Shown here: in pieces, positions 26,151 through 36,905 of the stretch | Position numbering within the stretch: the stretch's first letter is position 1 | Layout: the number at the start of each line of letters is the position of its first letter | Source of the DNA: a virus | Reading direction: 5' to 3' (one strand) | Length of the DNA stretch: 64,000 bases | Virus record (IMG/VR): IMGVR_UViG_3300021963_000029 | Coordinates: 1 to 64,000 of that record | Position numbers and translations under genes: made by a program | Notes under the pieces: model-generated | Database searches by the model: none | Told to the model about the DNA's origin: nothing | What the model saw: only the letters and a program-made list of their open reading frames with translations

Positions 26151-27308
26151 TCACTTGAATTTAGAAACTGCTCTCAGATAAGCATTCATTTGAGGTGAAT
26201 AATCCTCAACATTTTCTTGAATGAGCACTTCTTCTCTTGTGGAACCTGTTGCTCTTGGGAAATATGATTCCTTCAGAGTTTCAAGTTTTTCACGATAGTC
26301 TGTCTCACCTTCAAACTCAACACCTTCAGCAAGACCTGCAAGTTTTTCCTTCTGAGTTAAAGCTAACCCTTCAGTTACTTCATTAAAGATAGTATCACTT
26401 ACAGCCTCACTTAGTCTTTGATTTAGTAGAACATTTCTTTCGATTTGTTCGTTGAGTTTTGACTCCATTTCATCTAGTCTTTCGACCATGCCCTCTAATA
26501 CATCATATCTATCTTCAGGGATTTCTACATAATGTTCTTCAAAAAGTCCTTTTAGACCAGACATAAAGGACTCTGAGAGTTCTGATTTAATGCCATTTTC
26601 AATTTGAAGAGCATTCTCTTCAATCCATTCTTCAGCAACATACTCAAGATAGGCATCTACTCTTTGAGTAAGTTCTTCTCTGATTGTGGTAACTTCTTCT
26701 ACAAGATCATTCTTGTACTGCTCTTGCATTACTTCCATTGCAGAGATAAGTTTTGCCTTAACTGCTGCTTCAAAGATAGTTGCTGCTTTTGCAGTAAATG
26801 CTTCTGATAACTCTTCACCCTCAGAAAGGGCATTGATGTCATCAGTGTAATCTACTTCTGAGTTGACAATTTGATTCAGTTTGTCCTGAAGTGAAATGGT
26901 TTCTTCTTCAACCACTTCCTCTTCAGTTTCTACTGTTTCTACATCAGTCTCTTCTTCCTCAACCTCTTCTGACTCAAGAACAAGATCTTCCTCTTCTGCT
27001 TCAGTTTCTTCATATGACATGGCAGCTTTGTTAGCATGTTGCATAGGATCAGGACCCTTTGCACCTCTATGCTGAACATCTCTGACAGCCTTTAATCTTG
27101 CAGCAGGAGTCTTATACTTGTTTGACTCGTCATCAGGCTTTGAATTTTGGGGGGTTGGACCTCCTAGATCTTCCACTCCATTGACAAGACCTTCACCAGG
27201 AATGGTTGCTTTATGCATACCTTCCCCAGGTTTGGCACCCTTGTTTACTGCAGTGACAGATTTTTTAGTAGATACTTCCATTTCTTGTAAATCGTTACCG
27301 ACACTCAT
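26151..27308 (-). CDS. gp22: Prohead core scaffold protein
   Basis: Acidic coiled-coil, AATIFEAAV, VDAYLEYVAEEW. Confidence 0.95.
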   Translation of the reverse strand: MSVGNDLQEMEVSTKKSVTAVNKGAKPGEGMHKATIPGEGLVNGVEDLGGPTPQNSKPDDESNKYKTPAARLKAVRDVQHRGAKGPDPMQHANKAAMSYEETEAEEEDLVLESEEVEEEETDVETVETEEEVVEEETISLQDKLNQIVNSEVDYTDDINALSEGEELSEAFTAKAATIFEAAVKAKLISAMEVMQEQYKNDLVEEVTTIREELTQRVDAYLEYVAEEWIEENALQIENGIKSELSESFMSGLKGLFEEHYVEIPEDRYDVLEGMVERLDEMESKLNEQIERNVLLNQRLSEAVSDTIFNEVTEGLALTQKEKLAGLAEGVEFEGETDYREKLETLKESYFPRATGSTREEVLIQENVEDYSPQMNAYLRAVSKFK

Positions 27309-27348
27309 TTGTATACTCCGAATAAAAATCTTTGATTTATTCTATATT

Positions 27349-27356
27349 TATTTATA
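27349..27356 (-). promoter_or_regulatory. T4-type late promoter TATAAATA (gp22)
   Basis: Exact consensus upstream of gp22. Confidence 0.75.
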
Positions 27357-27358
27357 AA

Positions 27359-28009
27359 TTACAGATTTGAAAGATAATCTGCAAATAATTTGAGCTTGTT
27401 CTGCTCATTTAAACTTCTAGTTTTAGAAAGTCTTTCAATTTTATGTCTGGTATTGGATGCATTCATTTCTTTGAGAATGCCCCCATCCCAAACCCATTCT
27501 TTTCCTTCCATAATGCCTTCAACAAAAGCATCAGGTGCGGAAGGATCTGCTACAATATCTGCAGCAGTGGCAAGCATAAAGTCGTCTCCAATATACTTGA
27601 TACCATTTTTCTCAATCAAAGAACCAATTCCTCTGGAAGAAACCCCAAGTTTTACTCCTTCTCCAAGGAGTGACTTGGCAATGTTGCCCATTGGAGTATC
27701 AAGAATTTTTGCTTTACCTACAAAGTTATTTCCTTCTGATCTCAAAGAAGTAATCATATGTGAAACTCTATCCAGATTTACAGTAGGACCATCTGGGTGA
27801 CCAAGTTCTCCTAAAGCTCTTCCCTGTTTGATGAAGTTTTCAGTGTACTTGTTAACTTCTCTGGAAAGAACTTCCATAGGATAGCATCTGCCATTTCTGT
27901 TAGTAACTTCTGCTTGCAGAAATGGACCCTGAATATACAGGGTTTGTTTTCCATTTTTTTCTTCAGTAATAATTTCTACTGATTCGATTTCTTCTGTGAT
28001 GAGTTTCAT
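27359..28009 (-). CDS. gp21: Prohead core protease
   Basis: NRNGRCYP, GELGHP, GVSSRGIGS, ADPSAPDA. Confidence 0.97.
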   Translation of the reverse strand: MKLITEEIESVEIITEEKNGKQTLYIQGPFLQAEVTNRNGRCYPMEVLSREVNKYTENFIKQGRALGELGHPDGPTVNLDRVSHMITSLRSEGNNFVGKAKILDTPMGNIAKSLLGEGVKLGVSSRGIGSLIEKNGIKYIGDDFMLATAADIVADPSAPDAFVEGIMEGKEWVWDGGILKEMNASNTRHKIERLSKTRSLNEQNKLKLFADYLSNL

Positions 28010-28013
28010 TTGA

Positions 28014-28553
28014 TTATGCCTGGGATGCTATTTGAACTTCTGCAACATGAAGATGTGCATTATTTGCTTCTGGAAATACTTCAATTTTTACACATCTAGC
28101 AGCAACTGCATTAGTTACAGTCAATGCTCCTCCAACTGCAGTACTGTTAAAATCAAGTACAATTGAAGAATCTGTTTTTGATAAAACTTGTGCAAAAGAA
28201 GTATTAATTCCTGTGTGCTGAGATCCAAGAATACTTACATGATCCCCAACAATAAATGGATTTCCAAAATTTTCACCAAAAGAAACAGTTGTAGTAGAAC
28301 CAGTTGTTATTCCTGAAATTTTTTGCCTTGCAACTCTTTCTTTAATAATTTCACTGGTGTTTTCTGGAATTAAAAATGAAGACTCACTACTAACACCAGC
28401 ATTATTATTTCCATCTTTAATTGCAATGTGACAACCTGCTCCAGAAGCAGTCATTCTTAGATAACCAGTTTGCAAATTAATTACTCCACTTGTAGCAATT
28501 CCATTATTGGGTGGAAGGATTGAAGTAATAGTTTGAACAATTTTTAATGCCAT
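28014..28553 (-). CDS. Conserved virion structural / hypothetical protein
   Basis: 179-aa beta-rich ORF between gp20 and gp21. Confidence 0.75.
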   Translation of the reverse strand: MALKIVQTITSILPPNNGIATSGVINLQTGYLRMTASGAGCHIAIKDGNNNAGVSSESSFLIPENTSEIIKERVARQKISGITTGSTTTVSFGENFGNPFIVGDHVSILGSQHTGINTSFAQVLSKTDSSIVLDFNSTAVGGALTVTNAVAARCVKIEVFPEANNAHLHVAEVQIASQA

Positions 28554-28711
28554 TATTCTTCCTCTGGGGCAAACATTGCTTGTGCGATGGGGGGTTTCAA
28601 TTCATCAATAATACTTGAAGATTTTGTGTACAAAATCTCTTTAATCTTGTCAGTTACCTCTTCTGGAGAACCTCCAGTAAGTACCATATCCATTAAATCA
28701 GCAGAATCCAT
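28553..28711 (-). CDS. 52-aa protein, probable prohead core protein (gp67/gp68 position)
   Basis: Hand-translated MDSADLMDMVLTGGSPEEVTDKIKEILYTKSSSIIDELKPPIAQAMFAPEEE; TAATG overlap; TATAAATA at 28734-28741. Confidence 0.7.
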   Translation of the reverse strand: MDSADLMDMVLTGGSPEEVTDKIKEILYTKSSSIIDELKPPIAQAMFAPEEE

Positions 28712-28736
28712 AAAAATACTAGGTATATGGAATTAT

Positions 28737-30392
28737 TTATATTTCCGCACCTTTGGCATTAATTGAAGTTGCTTTATTTGCACTAGAAAGATCTGGTTCT
28801 TTAGGGTTTGCTCCTAAAGTTTCATTGCCTGCTGCCATAGGATCAAGAGGCATTCCATCTGGTCCAACTGCTGGCATCAATTTAGGATCTGGATAATCTC
28901 CATTTTTAATTTCTTTTTGGATGAGTTTATCTTCATCGACAATTTCTTGATCAGTTTGTCTCAGAATCTTTCTTCTTACATAATCTCTAGAGTAATAAGT
29001 TCCAATGTAAGGTTCAATTGCAACCATAAGATTTAGTCTCTCATTCATCAACTCAGTATCTTTGAGTTCTGAGAAGTGTCCATCATAGAGATAATCATAT
29101 TGAATATGATCACTCATTTTATCCCAATCTTCTGGAGTAATAATATTTTTTAGAATTAATTGAGTTTTCAATAAGTCATGGAAAACATTGCTGAATCTCT
29201 TTCTTAGTCTTCCTACAAACTTACCAAACATTAATTCATCTCTAAGAATCTCAGATGATCTTCCTAGATTAAATCCACCATCAGAAGCAGTTCTGGATTC
29301 TGGGACATTAAGTGCTCTGAATAGTTTCTTTTGGAAATACTGAACATCAGTCAGTTCTCCAAGATTCTGTCCACCAGGAAGAGTAGAGATCTCAGTTCCT
29401 CTACCACCTTCTCTTCTTGGAAGCCAAAAATCTTCCATCATACTCATGAACTTTTTATCATCACGCATTTCTCCAGTATTGGCATCATAAACAAGTTTAT
29501 TTCTATACCTGTTCATAACATCTCTAAGGTATTGCTCTGCTTTTACCTTAGGTAGATTGCCAACATCAATGTAGAAAATTCTTCTTTCTGGTGCTCTTGA
29601 AAGTCTGTAGATAACCAGAGCATCCTCAATCATTCTAAGTTGATTAAGTGCTTTGATTGCTTTGTGGAGATATGATAATGTAAGTTGTCTATTTCTATCT
29701 ACAAGACCTGATGTTACAAAAGTTACTGCATCTTTTGCAATTGGGATTCCTTTGTTTGCAGCAGCAGTCTTTTGAATATGTCCTTGTGGGAAGTATAGAA
29801 AATACTCTTCAATTTCAGGTTCATTAAAGTCACTTGCATCTTGTCTACTATTGTAGATTCCTGCAAAATTATCTCTTACTTTTTTTTCTTTTCTAATATA
29901 CTTAACCTTCAAAGCATCCATAAATCTAATATCCTGAATACCTTCCTCAGGATTTTTAAGATCAATTACTTTATGGTATAAGATTCTTCCATCAACATAC
30001 CAATTCTTAAAGATTTCATGTGCTTTTTTATCAAAGTCCATAAGATCTTTGATATACTTAAACTCATCTCTAATGATTTTTTTTAAACCATCACTGGCAT
30101 TTAGGTTACTAAGTTCAATTTCTACAGGAGAGTCATTTAAATCACTAACAATTGCTTCATTGATAACGTTCTCAATGGCACTATCACATTCAGGGTGAAG
30201 TGCCATTTCTCTATATCTTTTGATTAGATCATATTCATTTCTATAGACACCTTCAATATCTACATACTGCCCATAAAATCCGCTAGTTAGATAATAATCA
30301 ACCCCATCCTCGTTATTTTCGGGGACAGGGGATATAGCAGATTTAGGTAACTGGTTTTCGTCCTCAATTGAAAAACCAAAAAGTTTTGCCAT
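28737..30392 (-). CDS. gp20: Portal protein
   Basis: YRLSRAPERRIFYIDVGNLPK, EDFWLPRREGGRGTEI. Confidence 0.99.
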   Translation of the reverse strand: MAKLFGFSIEDENQLPKSAISPVPENNEDGVDYYLTSGFYGQYVDIEGVYRNEYDLIKRYREMALHPECDSAIENVINEAIVSDLNDSPVEIELSNLNASDGLKKIIRDEFKYIKDLMDFDKKAHEIFKNWYVDGRILYHKVIDLKNPEEGIQDIRFMDALKVKYIRKEKKVRDNFAGIYNSRQDASDFNEPEIEEYFLYFPQGHIQKTAAANKGIPIAKDAVTFVTSGLVDRNRQLTLSYLHKAIKALNQLRMIEDALVIYRLSRAPERRIFYIDVGNLPKVKAEQYLRDVMNRYRNKLVYDANTGEMRDDKKFMSMMEDFWLPRREGGRGTEISTLPGGQNLGELTDVQYFQKKLFRALNVPESRTASDGGFNLGRSSEILRDELMFGKFVGRLRKRFSNVFHDLLKTQLILKNIITPEDWDKMSDHIQYDYLYDGHFSELKDTELMNERLNLMVAIEPYIGTYYSRDYVRRKILRQTDQEIVDEDKLIQKEIKNGDYPDPKLMPAVGPDGMPLDPMAAGNETLGANPKEPDLSSANKATSINAKGAEI

Positions 30393-30418
30393 TGTATAAT
30401 TTTAAACTGTAGAAGTAT

Positions 30419-31042
30419 TTAGACTACCTGAGAAGATGAGGTATTAGAGTTATCAGCAGCTTCCCACCATTGAACTTGAAGATCTACAGTGAATTCTTCA
30501 ATCTCATTTTCATTGTTGTATGAAAGATCAATTTGAGAAACACTGGTTGGGAATACTCCATGAACCACATACTTTCTTAGAACATCAATTTCTCCACCTT
30601 GAGTTCCTTTCTGGTTTAGTCCAGTGAACTGACCTCTAGAAAGTTGAGCAACTGTTACATCAGTCTGATACTCATTAGGATCAATAGTTCCACTTCCATC
30701 AGATACTTTGACAATGTAGTTCATCCATCTTTCAAAGACATTTCTCCACTTAAAGTCAATGTCATTGATGACAGTGATGGTCCAAACATCAAAGGTTCTG
30801 TCACCAGCAACTTTTAGAGTTCTTCCTCTAAAAGGAACTGGGATTTCAGTGATGGTTGATGCAGGGAGACCAGCTGCTTTAATTAGCATGTGGTCATCAG
30901 TGCTTACTGAGTCTCCAGTTGGGAAGGTAAAGTTTCCTCCTAATTCAGTACCAAAAGAAACCTCAAAGAGGTTACTTCTGGCACCGCCACCCTTCATCTG
31001 GGACTTGAATTTATCAATAGTTCTGTCGCTAAAGTTAGGCAT
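30419..31042 (-). CDS. gp19: Tail tube protein
   Basis: GGARSNLFEV, FRGRTLKVAGDRTF, EEFTV. Confidence 0.96.
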   Translation of the reverse strand: MPNFSDRTIDKFKSQMKGGGARSNLFEVSFGTELGGNFTFPTGDSVSTDDHMLIKAAGLPASTITEIPVPFRGRTLKVAGDRTFDVWTITVINDIDFKWRNVFERWMNYIVKVSDGSGTIDPNEYQTDVTVAQLSRGQFTGLNQKGTQGGEIDVLRKYVVHGVFPTSVSQIDLSYNNENEIEEFTVDLQVQWWEAADNSNTSSSQVV

Positions 31043-31062
31043 TGTTTTTACTCCTATTTAGA

Positions 31063-33255
31063 TTAGACTGTACCTACAACTGTTTCAAAGGAGACCCCAG
31101 TTCTAGTAGCAACAAAAGTCAGACCAATGAAGTTGATGCTTCTTGCTGGTTTGACATAGATATCAGCAATAAATTCATTTCTATCAATAACATCTGGAGT
31201 GTTATTAGTTTCATCACAAACCAGGAGGAAGTCAGTAATTCCTCTCTTCACTTGTACATCTCTTAGATATGGTTCAACAATGTTGATGAAGTTTGCTCTA
31301 GTTGCTGCATCATTGAATTCAAAGAGTTGTGCATCAGCAGCACCCTTGATTGCTTGTTCAATAGTAATGAACAGTCTTCTAACATTGATTCTGTCAAATG
31401 CAGACTGGAATGATAGTGCAGTTTTGTCACCAAATAGAATGAAACCTGAACCAGGAGAAGAAATGATTGGGTTAACTCTTTGTGAATAGAGTTGATCTCT
31501 ATCTGCTTGTGCTGGATTGTATGCAAGTTTGATTGCAAACTTGAGACTTCCTCTAGTCTTTCCAGCAGGGGAATACCATGGGAACTGATTAATATCAGTT
31601 CTTACACATAGACCAGCAACATCTGCTGAACATGGCATGTAGATAAACTGCTGATTGAATCTATCATAGATGTATTGGTATCCACTATCAAATACAGCAT
31701 ATGAGGATGAAGTTAGTGGACTGAAGAATGATAGAACATTGTCTAGTTGTTGTGCCTCAGAGGCAACATTAACAACTCCTTCTCTGTATGGTGAGATGAA
31801 TGCCACACAATCTTTTCTAGTCTCAGCAATGCTGATTAGTTTATTTGCTTTTGCTTGCTCAATTTCTTTACCACCTGAAGCACTACCTTGGAGAAGATAA
31901 TTGATTGAAACTGCAGCATCATTAGAGAACTTATCATATGCCTCTACAATATTTGAGAGGGTTACTGCAAATCCACCAATGTTGGTTGCACCACCAGTAG
32001 GAGTGCTATAATCCTTTCCTCCAGTTAGGGAGTATGATTTGTTGCCAATTGAATTGAATGTGGTGTTCTCTGCATTGACTCCCCAAATGCCTGAGGACTC
32101 TGATTGAAGTGTATAACCTGAAGTAAACTTAACTGATACTGGATCCACACCCCAATATGCATCAGTGGAATCCCCAGGAGATTTTCCTGCATAAATGTAT
32201 GCTGAATTTACAGCAATATAATCTTTGTAGTATACTGAAGTTGATGGAGATACTTTAGTATCAAGTGCCTTAGATAGATTTACAAACTTCTCAAGAATTG
32301 TTTGTGGAGTTCCTGAGATGTTGTTTGACTTCTTGCTATCAATAACAACCACATGCATAGCATCATTGCCACCATTTCTATCAGTGACATAAGCATTTGC
32401 AGTTGGTTTAGGAGCAATGCTTCTCCAAGATACAGTTACAGAATCTCCTCTTGCAGTATCAAGAATATTTTGACTGTTGTACCAATCTTCTACTGCAGTA
32501 GGTGAAACTGTTGAAGTGGTTACTCCAGCATTAGTTTTTACTGTAACTGCTGCAGAAGTAACTCCTGCTCCTACTCTAAATGCATAAGCACCATTTTCTG
32601 TGTAATCTTGAGAGGATGCTGTTCCATTTAATACTTTTCCTGTAACTCTTACATAAGCTACAGATGCTCCAAGACCAGTGATTACTCCTTCAATGTACCC
32701 TGTTGGGGTTGAAGTTGTTCCAACACCAGCAATGGTTCCTGTAACTGCTTGAGTTACAGCATATCCAACTGCAAGGTTGGTTGTGTTAATTCCTGACAGA
32801 TTTTGATCTGCAAAGTGGTCAATAACACATACTTTTAAATCTTCTGCCCAATAACCTGGGTTCTTTGCAGCAAAGTACCAAGTGGTATCATCTGCATGAT
32901 CTTCTTGGTAATCTTCAAAGTTTTGTACAGTAAGATCTGTTAATGCTGAAACTCCAGCACCAGCATTAGCATTTCTTAAGTTATCTCCTGGGGCTCTTAC
33001 AACTCTTAAGCTGCCACCATAGGAGAGGAAGTTAGATGCAGAATACCAATACTCATAATGGTAGTTGTTGAGTGATGGTGTTCCAAAAGTTCTTTTTAAT
33101 TCATCTTCAGTCCTGATAGTAACAATCTGATTTACAGGACCTTTTGCAAAAGGAGCGGCGATACCTGCTGCTAAAGAAGTGGTATTCTGGATCCCACCCC
33201 TTGTTAGGTCTACCTCTCTTACATTGATACCTGGAGATGCTAAGCGTAACGCCAT
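31063..33255 (-). CDS. gp18: Tail sheath protein
   Basis: SPGINVREVDLT, WYSPAG, FDRINVRRLF, KPARSINFI. Confidence 0.98.
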   Translation of the reverse strand: MALRLASPGINVREVDLTRGGIQNTTSLAAGIAAPFAKGPVNQIVTIRTEDELKRTFGTPSLNNYHYEYWYSASNFLSYGGSLRVVRAPGDNLRNANAGAGVSALTDLTVQNFEDYQEDHADDTTWYFAAKNPGYWAEDLKVCVIDHFADQNLSGINTTNLAVGYAVTQAVTGTIAGVGTTSTPTGYIEGVITGLGASVAYVRVTGKVLNGTASSQDYTENGAYAFRVGAGVTSAAVTVKTNAGVTTSTVSPTAVEDWYNSQNILDTARGDSVTVSWRSIAPKPTANAYVTDRNGGNDAMHVVVIDSKKSNNISGTPQTILEKFVNLSKALDTKVSPSTSVYYKDYIAVNSAYIYAGKSPGDSTDAYWGVDPVSVKFTSGYTLQSESSGIWGVNAENTTFNSIGNKSYSLTGGKDYSTPTGGATNIGGFAVTLSNIVEAYDKFSNDAAVSINYLLQGSASGGKEIEQAKANKLISIAETRKDCVAFISPYREGVVNVASEAQQLDNVLSFFSPLTSSSYAVFDSGYQYIYDRFNQQFIYMPCSADVAGLCVRTDINQFPWYSPAGKTRGSLKFAIKLAYNPAQADRDQLYSQRVNPIISSPGSGFILFGDKTALSFQSAFDRINVRRLFITIEQAIKGAADAQLFEFNDAATRANFINIVEPYLRDVQVKRGITDFLLVCDETNNTPDVIDRNEFIADIYVKPARSINFIGLTFVATRTGVSFETVVGTV

Positions 33256-33289
33256 TTTGACTCCTCTAGTGCTTCATTTGCTCTAAATG

Positions 33290-33297
33290 TATTTATA
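33290..33297 (-). promoter_or_regulatory. T4-type late promoter TATAAATA (gp18)
   Basis: Exact consensus upstream of gp18. Confidence 0.75.
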
Positions 33298-33335
33298 ATT
33301 TGCAACTTTTTTGGTGGGGAAACAGTGCATGAACA

Positions 33336-33566
33336 TTACCAGTCTGGGTACTGCCACTCAATAGGGTCCCATTTTTGTTTTCTTTTTTGAACAATTCTTT
33401 TGACTGTGCAAGTTTTGCACTCATAAGAATATGATGATGGATATGCTCCTCTGTCTTTTCTAGTTTGGTAAAAATCAGTTAGAAGATCTTTTTCTTTTCC
33501 ACAAGACCTACATTTTCTACTGGAAAAAAGTAAGTGTTCTAGAGTAAAAAGATGTTCTACATCCAT
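33336..33566 (-). CDS. Small zinc-finger protein (CxxC...CxxC)
   Basis: RKCRSCGKEK...FY...YECKTC. Confidence 0.75.
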   Translation of the reverse strand: MDVEHLFTLEHLLFSSRKCRSCGKEKDLLTDFYQTRKDRGAYPSSYSYECKTCTVKRIVQKRKQKWDPIEWQYPDW

Positions 33567-35215
33567 TACCTATATTCCCACATGTATGACATATCTCCAT
33601 ATTCATCTATATGCCATACATCTCCATCAGCATCTACTTCTGCTGTTAATGCTTCTGTACCATCCAATATAAACCCAAAAGGAGCCATATCTTGCTCAAT
33701 TTGATTTTTCTGTTCTTCATATAATCTTTTTCTAACATCTTGTTCTGTAAGTTCTTTGAAGTAATCTTGTGCAACTAACCAAGCATAAATGACAAGACAC
33801 ATTGCCAAGTCATCATTACAACCTTCCTCTGCTTCAAATGAGTTATGCTTTTGAATAAAAGTAGTTAGTTCACTAATAATTTCATAGTCACTGAAGATAA
33901 GTTTATCTTCCTCAATCATAGTTTTCAAGTTAAGGCAACCAACTTTCTTAACTGTCTTAGACATCTTTAATCCAAGTTGGGTTTTCTTGCCAGAGAATCC
34001 TTGACCTACAATTTGTCCTGCTCTGCCTCTCATAGAGCACATAAGCAAGTTTTGGTACTCCAGATCATATTGTATGATTGCTGCTACCTGATCCCCCACA
34101 TCATTAACCTCACAGAGGATGTAAGCATTGTTATATGCTTTTGCTACATCTGCAATAACATTAGGGAACAACATAGGTTTAATTTCATTGTTCCTATACT
34201 TACCAACTATCTTGTGTGGGAAAGAAGTAATATCATAAATGACAAATGCTGAATAGTCATTGCCAACTCCTCTGGCAACATCAACTGTCATCAGATAATC
34301 TCTATCGTCTTTTGGGTCTTCATAAACATCCAATCCTTTGCTTCTCTTAATTGGATCATCATAGACCAGTGTTTTGAGTTTGCTTGGTGCAATAAGAGTA
34401 TCTACAGACCCTAAGAATTCGCACTCAAACTCAGTCTTAAACTGCTGTTCTGAGGTGTTTGATATTGTTTCCTGCTTCCACTTATCATCTCTTCCTGGGA
34501 CCTCTGACCAGTGAACATCAGTGGGAACATAAGCATTCTTTTCTCTTTCTGCATCATGCCACATCCTGTAGAAATGGTTCATCCCATTTGGGGTAGAAAC
34601 TATGATGACTTTTGTGCTCTGACCAGAAGAAATAGTAGGATAAACAGATGCAAAGAATTGGTCTGCAATATGGTTTGGAATGAATGCGAATTCATCAAGG
34701 AATATGATATTATAGGATCCACCTCTGACAGCACTTGCAGATGTAGAAGCTGCCAATATCTTTGACCCATTTTCCAACTCCATAGAACCTTTATTCCATG
34801 CTAAGATACCCTGCTGCAACCACTTTGGCAGGTTCTCATACGCAGTTTGTAATCTTGATAATAAATCTCTTGCAGTTGATGCTTTGTTTGCAAGAATGGC
34901 AATATTTACATTATCATTAAAAATTGCATAATGTAAAAGATAAGATACAACAGTTGTAGATTTACCTGTCTGACGAGGCATTTTACAAATGTTAAATCTG
35001 TTATTGTGGAAGTTTCTAATTAACTTCTCTTGGAAATGATATGGTTTGAATAATTGCAAACCATGATCAAGAGTTACAATCTGAACATAGTTTTTTGAAA
35101 AATATACAGGATCATTCTTACACTTAACAAATTCAATAATTTGTTCTTGTGTGAACTCAATTGCAGTATTGGCTTTTTTTAATAGAGGATTGCCAAGATA
35201 TACATTATCACTCAT
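33566..35215 (-). CDS. gp17: Terminase large subunit
   Basis: PRQTGKST, FLDEFAF, STPNG, VDVARG; no intron or intein. Confidence 0.98.
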   Translation of the reverse strand: MSDNVYLGNPLLKKANTAIEFTQEQIIEFVKCKNDPVYFSKNYVQIVTLDHGLQLFKPYHFQEKLIRNFHNNRFNICKMPRQTGKSTTVVSYLLHYAIFNDNVNIAILANKASTARDLLSRLQTAYENLPKWLQQGILAWNKGSMELENGSKILAASTSASAVRGGSYNIIFLDEFAFIPNHIADQFFASVYPTISSGQSTKVIIVSTPNGMNHFYRMWHDAEREKNAYVPTDVHWSEVPGRDDKWKQETISNTSEQQFKTEFECEFLGSVDTLIAPSKLKTLVYDDPIKRSKGLDVYEDPKDDRDYLMTVDVARGVGNDYSAFVIYDITSFPHKIVGKYRNNEIKPMLFPNVIADVAKAYNNAYILCEVNDVGDQVAAIIQYDLEYQNLLMCSMRGRAGQIVGQGFSGKKTQLGLKMSKTVKKVGCLNLKTMIEEDKLIFSDYEIISELTTFIQKHNSFEAEEGCNDDLAMCLVIYAWLVAQDYFKELTEQDVRKRLYEEQKNQIEQDMAPFGFILDGTEALTAEVDADGDVWHIDEYGDMSYMWEYR

Positions 35216-35221
35216 AAATTA

Positions 35222-36478
35222 TCAGCAATTCCAAGCTCTAAGGGACTTATTAATTCTGCTATTTGGATCTCTAGCAGTCTTTGCACTAGTACGCTTATTC
35301 TTCATGCCTCTCATTCTTGCACAGAATGATGCTCTTCTAGGATTGCCAACTTTCTTTGAGGGTGCTTTTAAATCACTACCAGGATTCTCTCTTTCATATG
35401 ACTTTCTTCCCTTTTCATTTAATCCACCTTCTTTATTCTTACCCTCCTTTCTTTGCCATGCAGCAACTTCAGTAATGAAGTCATTGTATGATTTTTGCTC
35501 AGTGGTAGATTTGATTTCTTTTACTTTTTTATCTTTAGATGCAATGTATTTAATTTTTGATTTTCCAGTTTTGCTAGATTCCCATGGGTTTAATTTTGCA
35601 CCAGGAGTTGCTGGGAATGCTTCTCCTAGTTCTCCAAGTGCCTTTGCTTTACGAACTTTCTTTGCTCTTAATTTACCACCAGGATAGTTTCTTTCATCAT
35701 TACCTTCAAAGTCAGGATCTACATTAGCACGATGCCTTGCTGCTCTTTCTGGAGAAAGTCTATCTGTGTGAATATCTTTTCTACGATTTGGAGAAAGTTT
35801 TTCTGCTTTTCTTTTTGCTGATCTCTCAACTTTTTTTCTTTGTGCTTGGAATGCTTTCATATCCATGCCTTCAGAAACATCCTCATCACTTTGCATATAT
35901 TCTGCTGCAGTATCAATAAAGTCTGCTGCTCTGGTAATCTTTGATTGTACCCAAGCAGGGATTTGCTGATCACCTTTCTTAATCTTACTTCTTAGGATAT
36001 TAACTGCTCTTTCAATTTGATCAAACTCAACTCTTGCCATATATCCCTCTTCATCCTTTTTCTTACCACTTGCAATTTCTTTGTGGTCTTCATGAATCTT
36101 AGATTCATTTGCTGGATGAATTTTGGCAATAGTATACTTGTCCCACATAGAGGGACCCCATGAGCACTCTTCTCTTTTTTCGTTCTTTTTACAAAGCAGA
36201 CAATACTTTGTATCTTTTTTGTATTGCTCTTCTGGAGTAGTTTCTTCTTTCATGGGTTTTTTCTTTTCTACTTTTTTAAGTCTTGTGTAGTAGTCTGGAA
36301 GTTCATCTACATGTTGTAGTGCAGTAATCCTTGCCCCACTCTTACTAGTAGTATGCTCTCCCTCAACTTCAGTTCCAATTTTTACCTGCTGCACAATTTT
36401 ATCTAGAGTGACTTTGTGCTTTTTAGCTAATTCCTCTGGAGTTTTATATGCTTTTACAGGACCTTTTGGATCTTTCAT
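35222..36478 (-). CDS. Multi-module basic hypothetical late protein (DUF5661-like N-module, DUF6321-like C-module)
   Basis: EGEHT...ALQH..E.PDYYT module; AWQRKEGKN..GGLN...RRASFCARM module. Confidence 0.7.
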   Translation of the reverse strand: MKDPKGPVKAYKTPEELAKKHKVTLDKIVQQVKIGTEVEGEHTTSKSGARITALQHVDELPDYYTRLKKVEKKKPMKEETTPEEQYKKDTKYCLLCKKNEKREECSWGPSMWDKYTIAKIHPANESKIHEDHKEIASGKKKDEEGYMARVEFDQIERAVNILRSKIKKGDQQIPAWVQSKITRAADFIDTAAEYMQSDEDVSEGMDMKAFQAQRKKVERSAKRKAEKLSPNRRKDIHTDRLSPERAARHRANVDPDFEGNDERNYPGGKLRAKKVRKAKALGELGEAFPATPGAKLNPWESSKTGKSKIKYIASKDKKVKEIKSTTEQKSYNDFITEVAAWQRKEGKNKEGGLNEKGRKSYERENPGSDLKAPSKKVGNPRRASFCARMRGMKNKRTSAKTARDPNSRINKSLRAWNC

Positions 36479-36488
36479 TGTGTATAGA

Positions 36489-36905
36489 TTATTCCTCTAT
36501 ATTATTTAGAAGACCTTGTTTTATGAGTTTAGATAGTTCTGCTGTGGATCCCACAAACAGAGAGTTGTTGACTGTTGTAGGTCCTTTCTGAGGGGCATCA
36601 AGGTCTTTCATCTTCTTCTGCAGATCCATCAGTTTATCACTTACATCTCCAACAGACTTAATAAGTTGTCCTGCAACTTCATATGCTCTTGGGTGTCCAG
36701 ATTCTTGAGCAAGTTCTAAGATGCCATTGATTGCTTCTTGACCCTTTTCAATCAGACTATAGAGATTGCCTCTTGTATACTCATAGTCTTTTTGAGGATC
36801 ATCTGGAACTTCTGCTTGTTTTACTGGGGCAGGTTCTACCTGGACAATTTTAGTTTCAATGTCCAGTGCTTGTTCAATTTCTTCATACTTGTCTTTCATA
36901 ATCAA
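36489..36905 (-). CDS. gp16: Terminase small subunit
   Basis: DYEYTRGNLY, HPRAYEVAGQLIK, FVGSTAEL. Confidence 0.93.
   Translation of the reverse strand: MIMKDKYEEIEQALDIETKIVQVEPAPVKQAEVPDDPQKDYEYTRGNLYSLIEKGQEAINGILELAQESGHPRAYEVAGQLIKSVGDVSDKLMDLQKKMKDLDAPQKGPTTVNNSLFVGSTAELSKLIKQGLLNNIEE

Noticed and set aside
33336-33566. Zinc-finger ORF as a mobile endonuclease
   Set aside because: Only the Zn-binding part is present, with no catalytic domain; treated as a conserved small protein
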